A stretch of 64,000 nt of DNA, taken from contig OX337238.1 of assembly GCA_946965045.2 (NCBI GenBank), positions 3,100,001 to 3,164,000 on the forward strand. Direction: 5' to 3'. A model generated the notes under the pieces. That model did no database searches, was not told the DNA's origin, and saw only the letters and a program-made list of their open reading frames with translations. Shown piece by piece: positions 19,926 to 32,803 of the stretch; position 1 is the first letter of the stretch; each line of letters begins with the position of its first letter. The position numbers were made by a program, and so were the translations under genes. This stretch comes from Epithemia pelagica (lineage: Eukaryota > Protista > Bacillariophyta).

Positions 19926-21089
19926 ATGATTTGGTCCCTGACGTTGCTACTCGGATGGTGTGTCGTGACGCAAGCAAGAACGATGCACGAGAATGCCACC
20001 ATGTCAGGGCTTGTCTTTGCCAACTTGACAGACGATAAAGAGCCGCAATGGAATGATCAAGAAATTCCTCCGCTTCGGGGTGGATGGCGTTACAAACATG
20101 CTTCGGTAGTCGTTGCGAATCCGGAAAATGCAGAGGATCAAACTATTGTGGTCTTTGGGGGACAAACAGATGCTGTATCTCCCACTGATTCCGTCATTTT
20201 GTTAACTTTTGGAAAGCACCACACTACGAAATGGCGAGAGGGACCGAAAATGAACGAAAAGAGGAATGGACATGACGTTGTGGTCTGCAATGGGTGGGTG
20301 TATGCCATTGGAGGGTTTGTCATGGGAGTGGATGAAGGCAAATCCTACTCGGATGCGATTGAAAGAATTCGAGTTGCAGACTTATTGGAATCGTCTTTGG
20401 AAAGCAACCGAAAGAATTGGACGACATTGGATGTTCGATTGTCCTCACAAAGAAATGAATTCACTGCGGCTGTCGTTCGGAATCGGTATATTGTTGTTGC
20501 TGGAGGGTTAGGGGTAGTAAACAATTCTGTTGATTCTTTGTCCACGGTTGAGATTATTGACACGGAATCAAAAGGTGGACCAGTTGTCATTCAAGGACCA
20601 TCTTTGAACGAAGCTCGATATTCACATGGAACCGCGGTGATTGGAAATCGTGTCTACCTTGTCGGTGGGGGCGGGAGAAACGGTGAGTTGGAGTCGGTGG
20701 AATATCTGGAGTTTCGTACAGAAAAGAGCTGTAATGAAGACATTACCTTTTTGTCTTCGTGGACCATGGACAAGAATCTGTCTCTTGTGGAGTCACGTAA
20801 AAGCCACGCTGTGTTGAATTTGGGATTGAATCTGGTTGTGGCAGGAGGATATACGGGATTTTCCTTGCTCAAGTCTGTCAAAGTCTTGGACACGAAAGGC
20901 CGAGTGGTTTGGCACCTACCCAATATGACCATAAAACGGGATGGATGTTCCATGGTGGCAACAGCCAATGGCATTGTTGTAGTTGGTGGATACGGTCATG
21001 ACTCGTGCGAGATACTTCCACTCCTCATCAAAAAGAAAGCACAAAAACTCCACTTCAAGATGAGATATAAACCCTCACTGTTACCGTGA
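19926..21089 (+). CDS. Kelch-repeat protein K2 (copy 2)
   Basis: Protein differs from 3148..4311 at one residue seen (S>L). Confidence 0.75.
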   Translation: MIWSLTLLLGWCVVTQARTMHENATMSGLVFANLTDDKEPQWNDQEIPPLRGGWRYKHASVVVANPENAEDQTIVVFGGQTDAVSPTDSVILLTFGKHHTTKWREGPKMNEKRNGHDVVVCNGWVYAIGGFVMGVDEGKSYSDAIERIRVADLLESSLESNRKNWTTLDVRLSSQRNEFTAAVVRNRYIVVAGGLGVVNNSVDSLSTVEIIDTESKGGPVVIQGPSLNEARYSHGTAVIGNRVYLVGGGGRNGELESVEYLEFRTEKSCNEDITFLSSWTMDKNLSLVESRKSHAVLNLGLNLVVAGGYTGFSLLKSVKVLDTKGRVVWHLPNMTIKRDGCSMVATANGIVVVGGYGHDSCEILPLLIKKKAQKLHFKMRYKPSLLP

Positions 21090-21363
21090 ACAACATGGAT
21101 GTGATTCAAGCCAGGATCCTATTGTTTGACGAATCCATGAATTGGGATGCCGGTGTACTGGCTATCACGGTAACGGACAACCGGCTTGATCTCGCAGCGT
21201 ACGATCAACTGTCTGCAGTTTGGACTGGATTTCTACCTAACGATTTGCCACACTCAAAGAGCAAATTGTTTTCATAACCCGACGGAACCATCTTGCCTAA
21301 AATCGGATTACTATATCGTATCCCAATTACATCAAGTCGCTACGTTGTCTCATAATCGTCTCT

Positions 21364-23129
21364 TCAAACAAAACACCAAAATGAAAAGCAACGATTCAAG
21401 TACTTCTGGTTCGTGGCAATTTTGGATTGAAGAATCTCCACTTTTCGGAGAAGGGGAATTTTTTCTCGCATGCCTTCAATCGTCTGCAGGATGGACTGGA
21501 TCTCGTCAAGGTCGGCTTGAAGGTCTTTCACAGAGCGGAATTTGTCATCGCTCAAAAGAGATTCCGTTGCAACATGAAACAGAACAATCCATGTACTCCT
21601 GGTTCGTGGCAATCCTTGATTTAAGAAACTTGACTTTTCGCACAAGGGGGAGTTTTTCTCGCATGAGTTCGATCGTTTCGATTTTGGTCTGGATCTCGTC
21701 AATTTCGTCTTGTAGGTCCTTCACTGAGCGAAACTTGGCGTCACTCACGATGGATCTAAGAACGACAAGCAAATCTTGTGCATCGGCGCCCTTTTGCACC
21801 ATTTCTTGGTCGCTGTATTCCTTTCCAGCCTTTTTCACAATTGATTCGAAGTATTCTATTTCTTTTTCGAGCTCCGCCCGACAGGAAAACTTGTTCTGTA
21901 AAGGGACCAGGTGGAAGTAAGATATGATGTGAGAATTTCTAAAAAAAACTGTATTAGCAGAAGGAGAGTTCTGCAGCGTACCTTTAGTTCTTGTTTCTTT
22001 GTCATGAGTGGAAGTGTCTCACAAGAGTCTACCTCGTATCCACCAATTACAACAATGCCGGATGACGTTACAACCATGCTGCATCCTTTCCGTTCCTTCT
22101 TCATATTCGAAAGGCTCCAAGTGACACTGTCTTCGGTGTCCAAGACTTCTACCGACTTCAACAAGCCCGATGTGCTCTGCCCTCCTGCCACCACGACACT
22201 TGACCCCAAACGCAAAGCAGCGTGTTCGGCACGTGACTCAAGAAGAGCAAGATTCTGGTCCACAGTCCAAGAGGACGAGAAGGTCACGTCGCTGCTGCTG
22301 TTCATCTCAATTAAACTCTAAATATTCCAACGAGTCCAAGGTGTATGAATATCTAGAGCCTCCAACAACGTAAACACGATTCCCAATCACAGTCATTGCA
22401 CGGCCATTGCGAGCATTGTTCAGAGATGGCCCCGAAGTCACAACAGGTCTGCCCTTTGCCGCAGTGTCAAGTATATTAACATAATAGCCATTAATAACAA
22501 TGTACCGATTCCGAACGACAGCCGCAGCAATTTCTTCTCCTGATAGGGACAATCGAGCATCAAGTGTCGTCCAGTGCTTTCGTTTACTTTCCATTGACAT
22601 GTCCAATAAATCTGCAACTCGAATATATTCAATTATTCAACCGTGAGTTACCATCATACCCTCCGATGACATAGACCCAACCATTGCAGACCTCAACGGC
22701 ATGACCCCTTCTCTGTTGCTTCATTTTTGGTCCCTCGCGCCATCCTTTCGGGCTCTTTCCAACATTCAACAAGATAACGGAATTAGTAGGATCCTCATGT
22801 TCTGTGCGTCCTCCGAAAACCGCAATGGTTTGTTCCTCTTCATTATCTGGATTCTCAAGGACTACCGAAGCATGTCGGTAACGCCATCCTCCTAGAAGCG
22901 GGGGTATGTCTTGATCATTCCATTGAGGGAAGTTGGTGAATACAAAGCCCGACAAGGTTGCATCGTCCTTCATGGTAGTTTCTCGCGCCACGAAAAGCCA
23001 TCCGAGCAGCAGTGCAACGGACCGAGCCACGAAAAGCCATCCGAACAGCAATGCCATGGACCGCCACCATTGTAGGGGAACCACTTGGTTTGGCGAAAAG
23101 GATGGATCAGTATGCTTGTTCAGAGACAT
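21364..23129 (-). pseudogene. Kelch-repeat pseudogene K3 (copy 2) with intact leader
   Basis: ATG 23129 (MSLNKHTDP...WWRSMALLFGWLFVARSVALLLGWLFVAR). Shares both frameshifts with copy 1 but lacks its deletion and extra stop. Confidence 0.85.
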
Positions 23130-23562
23130 TGTAGATAGACTGGTAGCAGTCTCAACCGAGATCCTCCAGGCGTTATGAGATTGCTCCAACGAATGAGCTA
23201 AACTTTCCGGTAAAAGCTGTCCAGGATACGTTTTTCGCGATCCACAGATCAAGACGCTGGCCCTGTACAATCTAAGACTTTCAAGTGAAAAGCCTTCTCA
23301 ATGCGCGACGAATGTTCCTCGCCACGTGTAACCTTTTGCTCTGTACCAATCCACTTAGCAAAAGTTGATCAACAACCCGAAGAACATGCGCTCCAAAGCT
23401 GTTGAAAATGAGAGTGACTATCGTTCCCGTAGAGTGGTTAGATTGAGAAACCGACAAGTCGAATCTGGAGTTGACATGGGGTGGTGTTTGCTGACCGTGT
23501 TACTGGGATGATCCAATGTGCTGGTAGGCAAGTGCCGTGGAAGAAGAACCAGCCCTTCTGAA

Positions 23563-25216
23563 ATGGTCTTTCTTTCAAGTGAATCTGAAACTCCAGAATG
23601 GAAGTCGTTTAAACTACCACAAGCTGTTAAAGGAGTGTTGCGTGGTGATCATACTACCGTTGTCCTCCCGCATGGTGAAAAGGGAAAAGAGCCAACTGTC
23701 GTTGTCTTGGAGGGATACCAAGAATATGGAGTTATGATGAGTTTACAAGTCCCTTGGATATTGAAGAGAACAGATGATTTGACTAGGAAGGCATCATCCG
23801 TTTTCCTTCTGAATCCACAAGTCGGCAGCTCCACTTCACGAAAGGGACCCGACCTCAATGGTGGGAAATCATGGAATCTTCAATGGGGCCATACAGCTAT
23901 GGTCTGTAAGGGGAGTTTATACGTCATTGGAGGATATCGAGCGTCCTTGGAGTTTGAAACCCTCCAACGTATTGGTGTTGCTGATTTGCTTGAAACAACA
24001 TCAGTCAACATGAAATGGTCGACGGTCTTGATTTATCGATATTGGTTTCCAAGATATGGCGGATGTGCGGCGACCGTTGTCCATGATCGTAATATTTTGG
24101 TTGTTGGAGGACATACGGGGCTCTTTACATTGAGCTCTGTTGACATTATTGATACCGCCGCACCGAACGGACCTTTACGGATTTCGGGCCCATCCATGCA
24201 CGAAGCTCGGACGGGATGTGGCATTGCTGTGACTGGCCGACGAATCTACGTGGTTGGTGGTCACAATGGATACAATGTGTTGAACTCGGTGGAGTATCTC
24301 GAATTCAATGACGTGTCTCACGATGATACAAGTGACAACGTATCTTCTGTCTTTCCGTCGTCGTTGTCATGGAAAATGCACGAGACTCTGGCTCTCAATG
24401 TTCCGCGTCGAAATCATGCCATTGCGACAGTGGGATCCAATATTGTCGTCGCAGGAGGGTTTGACGGCAGCAGTAGTCTCAGGTCTGTTGAAGTTTTGGA
24501 CACTCAACGAAACATAGTTTGGAACCTTCCATCAATGAGAAAAGAACGAGTTGGTTGCAGTATGGTTGCCCTCTCTACAGGACTTGTGGTGACTGGAGGA
24601 GCGGGGGATGATTCCGCTGAGACACTTCCATTGAGTGAAACACGAGAAACACTCCTGGTAAGAATCTCTTTGAACTGCATGTATCTGTTGTTCCTTGTAT
24701 GGTACTTCGTTACCTCATGTCAAGTTCAAACGCTCCGGTTGGTCCTTTCTGTAGAAGATGCTGTCTTGTCGTGCCGAGCTTGAGATGGAAATCGAAAAGC
24801 TTCACATGGCAATCTACCGTGTCACGATGGAGTTTCACGATGAAGACGTTCTGGAACAAGGCATCAAGGCACAGAGACTACTACCAATTTTTGAATCTCT
24901 TGCAGAGGAAGACCAGTTCCGATCCATTGAATTCATGCAAGAAGAAATTGAAGAGCTTTCGAAAGAATTGGCAACCGTGCAAGTCATTCAAGAGAGACTT
25001 CCTCTTGTTCGTAAAATCAAAATGCTTCAGACCAGAATCGCCATGAACCATGCTTTCATGGAAGAGCAAGAAATGGACAACTCAGCTAGGAGAGCTATAA
25101 CCGCCAGTGATGACTTGACCTTGTCGTCTGAGCCGCGATCAACTTTTGAGGATACATGTGCATTTCATGCGTTTCAGGATGATCATGGCCACGACAGTGA
25201 GCTTGCGTTTTCGTAG
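23563..25216 (+). CDS. Kelch-repeat + coiled-coil protein K4 (copy 2; exons 23563-24657, 24755-25216)
   Basis: Intron 24658-24754. Exon 1 is near-identical to copy 1; exon 2 is diverged. Confidence 0.8.
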
Positions 25217-26012
25217 AAGAGCAGTGGCATGTTTTAGTAGTGATCAATGTCTCGAGAAGACGCCATAATCCTGTGAAACTTGTAGAAAAGGATAACTGGA
25301 TGAAACCCACTACCTTTAGTGACAATTATTGCTTCTCATCTTTGAATAGCGACGTCAATGCTTGTACATAGATCCTGACGATGGAACTTACTGAGGTCTG
25401 CTGCTGCCATACGTGCGAACGCGATCCACCTTGACCTTTCCAGCTGAGCGGCAATCATGAGAGTCTGTCAGCATTGACTCGGAACTTTTGTAAGGTCCGC
25501 TCTCGACGATTCTGAAATCGATCTTCTTCTGATATCGATCTTTCCGTCCGTGTATCATTGTCGCAGTCACACTCACACGGTGTCGTTCTGTACCGTACGA
25601 CGAGCAGACGAAAGATACCGAATGACTGAAACCGTAACGGGACTAAAAGCTAGGTCAACCTTGTAGGCCTAGACGAGTACCTAGCGTACTTCTTGGTCTT
25701 GAATGGACTATATCTGTTGCAACAATCCGCCGAGCGCCTAGGATTCGAACCGATAACAATCAGTCACATCCCGTTGGTCATGTTGACACGATAAAATGCT
25801 CCTATGAGCATCTGAATTGGTTTTTTCTATTCCAACAAAGACTTACTGCGAAAGGCCTCTCTCAAAAATTCTTATATACTTGAATCATGATTAAAAACAT
25901 GCATTACTTGACTATCGTTGCTTCGATGAAATTGTCTTTCAGTCCTTGGACTCCTTCTTCTCTGATACACACGAACATCTAGTTTGGGCATCAGCCATTC
26001 CCATACCACATT

Positions 26013-29000
26013 CTACGACTCTTCGGTTTCTTGTTTCTCTGCTCGTTTCGTTGCAAGTTCCTCATCGTACTTTTGTCTGGCCATCAAAGAGCACAGTGTG
26101 TTGCGGGCCTCCAACAACCGCCGAAAGATATAGGCCGAATCCTCTTGGCTTCGTTTGTCTGGGTGAAAAATCTTGGAGAGTTCGCTAAATTTGATGCGAA
26201 TAGTTTTGGACGATGCATCCGGTGCAACACCCAATACCTCATAGTGCGTGGCGTCTTCGCGGTAAAAGACTGCCACATCATCTTCTGGATGTGTCTGGTG
26301 TTCCAGTAGAAACTGGTTTGTCTTTGTTCGCGCTTCCTGGTCTCGAGCGAAGTGATCCCTGAGGCGACGTTCTCGCTCCTCTAGATACTTTTGCTTGATG
26401 CCATTGCTGTCAAAGGCTGTTTTCGCTGGCATCATACCGTTCATTTCTTCCAAGTAGGCAAATATTTCTGACCGACTGGTCGAGCCATTTGACAATGCTT
26501 CTCGAAATGCGATTGTGCGGTAGTGATCTCGTTCAGCCCGTTCAACAGTTTTTCGATCAGTTTGCAGTTTTCGTCCATACATTTCCTCGCGTCGCTTGTT
26601 CAGGAACGAATAGAGCTTTCTGGTTCTGCGCATTTCGTCAATTTTATCAGCTGTCACATTGAGTTCTTTCTGAAGAAGCTTTACATTTAGCACCATGCTG
26701 TTGTAGGAAGTTGTTGTGAGAGCCTGGAAAACCCTATTGAAGATCAAGTGAAACCTGAAACGTACCTCAAACTCCCATCAGCTCCCTGACGTGCACATCG
26801 ACCCTTGATTTGGACTTCTTCGGACAAATCAGTTGAGAAAAAAGCCTGAATGACGTGGGCCCCACCTGCGTCAAGCATCCCCGTGTCGTAGTTTTTGAAA
26901 TCGGTGCCACGGCCGTACTCACGAATCATCAAAGTAATGGCACCCCTTTGCGTCGCTTGTATGAATGCAGATGATTTTTCAGTTGGGGAAGTTGCTTCAG
27001 TGATTACTTGCGTGATTTTTCGCAAAGGATCCATTACCGAAGACTCGTAAAAGCGTAGAAGCACTTCACTGGAGTCGAAGAAGATCAAGATGCTTCGTTT
27101 GATGCTTCTGTCGCCATTCACGGGTATCTGCCGCCTGTCAATTTCGTTCTTGATCTCCAAGAAATGGTCATCCTCTGTATCGCAAAGACACACGTCTAGT
27201 AAAGACACAAGATTCCGTTAGTTCGGTCAAGGAGTACAGACAACTCCAAGAAAATGGCGATGGCGTACCCTGTTCTAAATCCCCCGCAAATTTGAGCTTG
27301 TTGGTGCCATACACCGATGGGATATAAGAGTACTTCTCAATCCTATAATCGGTTTCGAGCACACTTTTCGCTTCAATCTTTAGGTCTTTCAGAGTCCCAG
27401 TAACACCGAGAATGACATCATAGAGGAAAGGAACTTCGGCGTAGGAGACATTTCCAAAGTTAAAACTCCACGACATGAACCTCCCAGCCAGTTCAGAAGA
27501 GATGTTTCCAAGCTCCGCTTCCTTCATGTAAGCAAACGCTGTTCTGTACCCATAGCAATACCTTGTCGTTGTCCCGTCAAAATACTTGTATGCGATTCTA
27601 CCATCCTCGGTGATACTATAGGAACTGTCATGTTTCCCTTGTCGAACATAGATTGCATCGTCAATCATATGGAGTAACGTCTCTTTTGTGAGCTTGTGCG
27701 CATCAGGGGCTATGGTTTCCAAGAACCGACAAACTTCCGTTGATGACAAAAGAGTGTATCTGTCGTGCTCCTGACACTGTTTCCAAATGAATCTGAAAAG
27801 ATTCTTCATTTTCTCCTCTCCCCTGTCATCGCTAATATACGCGGCGGTAAGAAACGTTTCGCCATACACATCAGGCGACAACACCACATCAACTTCATCC
27901 AGTAGCAGAACTTTTAAACGACTTGACCCTTCATTTACCGATGCTGTTTTTCTTTGCTGTGGTTCTCCACGTGTGACATCTGATCGCTGTATGAAACCTC
28001 TCAATAATTGTCTGGTCCGGTCGTTACCGTCGACAGCAAATCCAAGATCCATCAGCGTTGAGTAGGAGACCAACTCGTGAACTCCAAAAGCTTCAAACAT
28101 GTATTTGAATGCAGTTAAATCTCGGTCGCTGAGAAATTGGCTGTAACAAGCACACACGACTTCACAATTAAACAGCGCAAGAATAATTGATGTCACACCG
28201 AGAACGATCGATTTTCCTTCACCTGTCTTGATCTCAACTAAGTGACCACGTAGCTTTTGAAAGTCATTGAAAGTCGAATTCAGCATGAGGAGGATTGCCA
28301 CGACTTGCGCAGGGTGTGGCTTTACAAGATAGTCTGAACTGTTGTCAATAGGAACTGAGAAAGCATCACTTTTGCTCAGAGACCAGTACGCAAAGATGTA
28401 GGCGGCCATTTTACACAGTTGCGCTTCATACCCAATGGAAAAATCGACAGCTGTGCTCCGAGTTGCTCTCACAATGTCGTCTAAACAGCCATGCTTTCTT
28501 CCTTTGTTCTTCAGAATAGGAATTGATTCCAATACTATCTCTTCGTAGCTTCGGTTGAACAAGTCATATGAGTGCTTTAGACTTGACGCTTTGCCCTCTG
28601 TCATCCTGAGCATTTGGATGACGTAGTCGATTGTCTGTTTCGCAGTTGCACTGTTGAATATAGCGTTCTGTCCCCCTTCAAAACATTTGTGTTCCAGAAG
28701 CAATTGGCGAGCAAATGTAGCGTCGTTACCCTCCACTGAATTTATCTCAAAGTAGAGATCGAGCAAAAATTTGCCTCGATCATCAGAGGCTTGAGATGCT
28801 TTCAAAATCATATTGTCAATGAAAGCGTCGATCGGCTGACGCCAGCGTGGAATCTGACGGCCTGCCTTTTTGAGGTCAATGCACAGACGGGAAGTCGAAC
28901 ACGCGTGGGGCTCAATCTGTTGACAGATATTCTCGAGGCTAGACTCGAAACTTCGCGATGCATCATCCAGAAGATCATTGGCAAGAGAAGCGACCGAGCT

Positions 29001-32000
29001 GTCCACGGAAGAGAAAGCAGTTTTAATAGACTGGAGATTCAAAAGACAGGACTGAATTTTGGAAAATTCCACATTATACTTGGGAAATGAATCCAGCATC
29101 TTCTCAAGACGCTTTGCGACTTTCTCAGTTTCACAATGAGCTTGACTGACAGCATCTGTGTCCAAGGAGCGAAGTTCTTTCTGATCAATGTGATCTTTGA
29201 GCATTGTTGCTTGTTTGGCAGCTTGAACTATTTCAGCGATATTCTTGCAAACCATGACAATCGAATGCTCAACCACGTCGACTGCTGATATACAAAGAGA
29301 GATTGTCTGAATTTTCCGATGAAGCTTGATAATCAATGATTTTGTTTTCGATAAGATGTCTTCATAATGCGGATATGCTGCGGCTTTTGCCTTTAGTTCT
29401 TTTGCATAGTGACCGCGTGGTAGAGGTTGTACGGCGAACGCATCAATTGCTTCCAGGGATGGCGAGTTGAGCCAAAGGTCGAGCAAAAGCGCCAGGTCTT
29501 GAATATCCATGTGTGCTATCAGCTGATCTGGAAGTTTCGAAACTCTTTCGATTGCGTTAGCAAACCTTGCACATGCCTCTTTCAAAATCCGACTTGAATC
29601 GTGCCGTTGTTCAATGATACGTTTAGCTAGGCACGGTACGTCGACCTCGACTCTCAGGAAACCCAGCAAGAGAACCAGCTCGTTAGAAAGAGTCTTCGAA
29701 AGTGACGTTGCCATTTCGAAGGAGCTTTTCCGTCCATCAAATTCACGAGATATTCGAAAAGCACACTGTAATATACACTGATTAAGCTTGCTCGTGAGAC
29801 TTTCCAAGAGCTCAGCGAGCTCGTCGCATCCGCGGTTCTGGTTCCACGTTAAAAACCTCGCAACTCGTTCTATGAAATTGATTTTCTGTCCTTCTTTCAA
29901 GACTCTCTGCCAGGACATCCAATTTTCCGCTCTCGCGACATCTTTCAGAATTGCCGAGCAGTGATTCATACCTCCTCTTTTTAGTTTCATCACATAGTTA
30001 CGGCATGTTTCTGTCGCTTTTTGTAGTTCACTAGCAAACCGTTTGGCCTGGTCGCGGAAAGACTTGGACAAATATCTGGCAGAAGCTTGAATATTGTACA
30101 TTTGTTTCCTCTCTTCATTTAAATCATCTTTAAACATTGGTGACCATTTGGACAAGATTTCGTATACTCTTTCAATATGAGAAAAACGCTCAATAAGACC
30201 CGACAGGTGTTCATCAGCCTTGTTCAAATCACTGTTGGCATGTTCTTGTATGTTTGAGAGTTGCTTTTTCCCCTCACGTGTGGCTCGAAAGAGCTTTTGA
30301 ACGAGTGCATTCTCGAACTCAACCACAAGTTTAAGGACTTCGTCCATTGCTTCAATATTCTGGAAGACCAATGAATGTGGTTGTTCACATACAGCAAGCA
30401 GAAGCATGCGATGCTCTTCCAATTCTTTGAGAAGTACATTTGAGGGCAAAGAGTTGAAATTCCGTTCTCTGGAATTTTCAAGGAGGACTGCCTTGGACGT
30501 ATTGATTCGTTCCACGACCGCATCAACTAATAGTTGGTACTGCGTCGCCAAACAAGTCCCCTGAATGGTATCATGTTCCTGACTTGCTAGTTGTGAATTC
30601 ACCTCAAACACAGAAGAGGACAAATCTCCAACGAAAGAAAGACAATTGAAGAAAAGTGTGACGTTCGGAGGACTACTTGCAAAGCAGGCACGTGCTGTTT
30701 TCACAATTGTTCCGGTCACGGATGAAAGCCGGGATAGGATTTCAAGACCAATGCAAATGGTGCCTTCGGATCCGTAACAACCCTCCATTCTCTGCAATAC
30801 ATCTTTCATTCGAATCAATGTTTCTTTGATAACTGTCTTCTTTGACAAAGTAATGTCCACCATGTATCTGCTTGGATTAATTTCCAGATTCAGAATCTCT
30901 TTTCCGATGCGGCGGAACATCGTTTTAACGGAGTCACTACACATAGCTGTAGAATCCACGGTAGTCTTTTCCGCCAGATGCTGCATTGCTTCAAGAGTCT
31001 TCAGATCTGCTTGAACGACATTGACTTTTTCTGTTAAAGATGTAGCGTCACCGTCACATGAATCAATTTGTGCCACGTGACGATTTAACTTGTCAATGCA
31101 ATAAAGAATGTCCTGACGAATAATATCCTGGGCTTCTTTTGATGCCTTTTCACCTTCTTGGAGAACAGATGCAAGATCTTTTAGAACCTGCATTCGGCTC
31201 ATGACAGCCATGTAATTTTGAGAAGCCAATTCTCCCTTGAGAAGTTTTAGGTTCAACGTGAGTTGATTCTGGAGTTGACCGAGCACCACTTTTGGAAAGG
31301 GGGGCGAGAAGAAACTCCGTGGGTCATCAATCACACAATCACTAGCAACAATATGAGACAGAATGCTTGAAGGTGACGACTCATATCCTTGGTTTGAAGA
31401 AAGAGACAACATGAGAGCCGTTGGTGTCGTTTTCTCGACCATATCCGCCAAGAGAGGCCGGAGCCAACTGTCGGACGAGTCCAGGTCTTGAAGTACCTTG
31501 TTTAACTTTTTGCAAATACGTTTCTCGTCTCGAGGATCCATGCTCTTGGTAAACAGATAGTGAAAGGCTCCAAAGTCTTTGCAGTTGCCACCTCCCGTCA
31601 TTCGAATAATTGTACTCATGGTATCCTTAAACGCTTGAAATCGATCTCCCAACGTATCGCAGCTCAGGACTACGACTGGCCGTACCGACTTGGCACCCTG
31701 CAGTGCGCGGCAGAGACCCATGGCATTGACAATTTCCATGACTGGTCCAGCCGAGTCTCCAAATCCAGGTGAATCGGCGACAAGAATGCTCTTGCCGGAT
31801 TCAAGTTGGACTGGAAAGGACTGAATGGCTCTCGTAACGGACGTACTCCCACAAGCAGTTCGAAAGGCCTTGAGTTCTTCCGCCGGAAACCTGGAAGGTT
31901 CGTAATGATCTGAACCATCGACTTCTTGTTCGGTAAACTCGACACCCGCGAGGTATAGCAGGGTCGATGTTTTACCACTTCCAGAACTTCCAATCAATAA

Positions 32001-32708
32001 AAGACTATCGTGGTCTTGAATGCTAGAGGCTTGTATCTGGCTTTGTTTCAATAGCTTGTAAAGCTCGCAAAGATCCAATGGGAATGCTTCTTTCACCAAA
32101 TTTGAAATGGCATCGAGAATCTCTTGAGCCAACAATGGATTGGGAGCTTGAACAAAGGTGCCAAGGGTTTTGAGGATACGAGATAGGCCTTGAAAGTGGC
32201 TTTGGAATGTTTCTAATGCAGGGATGCAGCGTTTCAACCATCCGCGGTAATCATCCGCATTCATCGTCTTCGAATCGGACTTGGTTGGATCGGAGACATA
32301 CGCATCAAGGACGGAACAAATGTCGTCGAGAATGTCTTCCACAAACAAGGAAGAGTCCTTTTCTATCTCTGTGCTGGAATCGACTGTACCTCCATTGACC
32401 TTCTTGATGGCTTCCTCTTCGATTGATCCGTTCGCCCCACTGCTGGCAGGAGGATCTTGGCTATTATGGAGCTCATCTTTCGGTTTGTTCTTGCTGGAGG
32501 CCTCTTCTTCTTCATGGACAATATGCTCATCGTGTTGCACATTCTTGTCATCTCCTTCATCGTTATCATCGTGTTGGTTTCTTGGAGAATCTGTGAAGGC
32601 ATCCTCCATGGGATGGTCCACGACCATGTTCTTGTGGTCCTTGTCGTTGTTGTCCGCCAGTTCCACCTCCATGGCATCTTCCGTATCTTGTTTCTTCTCG
32701 TCTCCCAT
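26013..32708 (-). CDS. 2184-aa multidomain protein: P-loop GTPase-like domain + helical region + SecA-like SF2 ATPase + C-terminal DnaJ domain (exons 32708-27269, 27195-26766, 26697-26013)
   Basis: GSSGSGKT and DSPG GTPase motifs. SecA-like EIKTGEGKS, YSQFLSDRD, DEVD, GVTGTL, YGRGTDF, QIKGRCARQG. J-domain HYEVLGV...FHPDK. Two GT-AG introns (73 and 68 bp) join the three ORFs in frame (6555 nt). The second acceptor site is inferred. Confidence 0.85.
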
Positions 32709-32803
32709 TCTAACACAAACACAGAGTTTTTCTCTCTCCTGTTTGATCCGAACGTCGTTTGGTTCACTTGTACTTCTTCTCTAGTGGTTTCACAAGAAAG
32801 CTG

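Larger units (their letters stand above)
18902..25621. repeat. Tandem segmental duplication, copy 2
   Basis: Begins in a remnant of the K1 3' end (TM-coding segment, to the stop at 19117) and ends after the empty insertion site. Confidence 0.95.

Noticed and set aside
25728-25760. tRNA-like B-box GGTTCGAATCC on the minus strand
   Set aside because: The T-stem does not pair beyond 2 bp, and no D-arm, anticodon arm or acceptor 5' strand was found; at most a relic.
26013-32708. Calling the gene secA
   Set aside because: No targeting peptide, no SecA C-terminal domains, and extra GTPase and J domains; only the motor motifs are shared.
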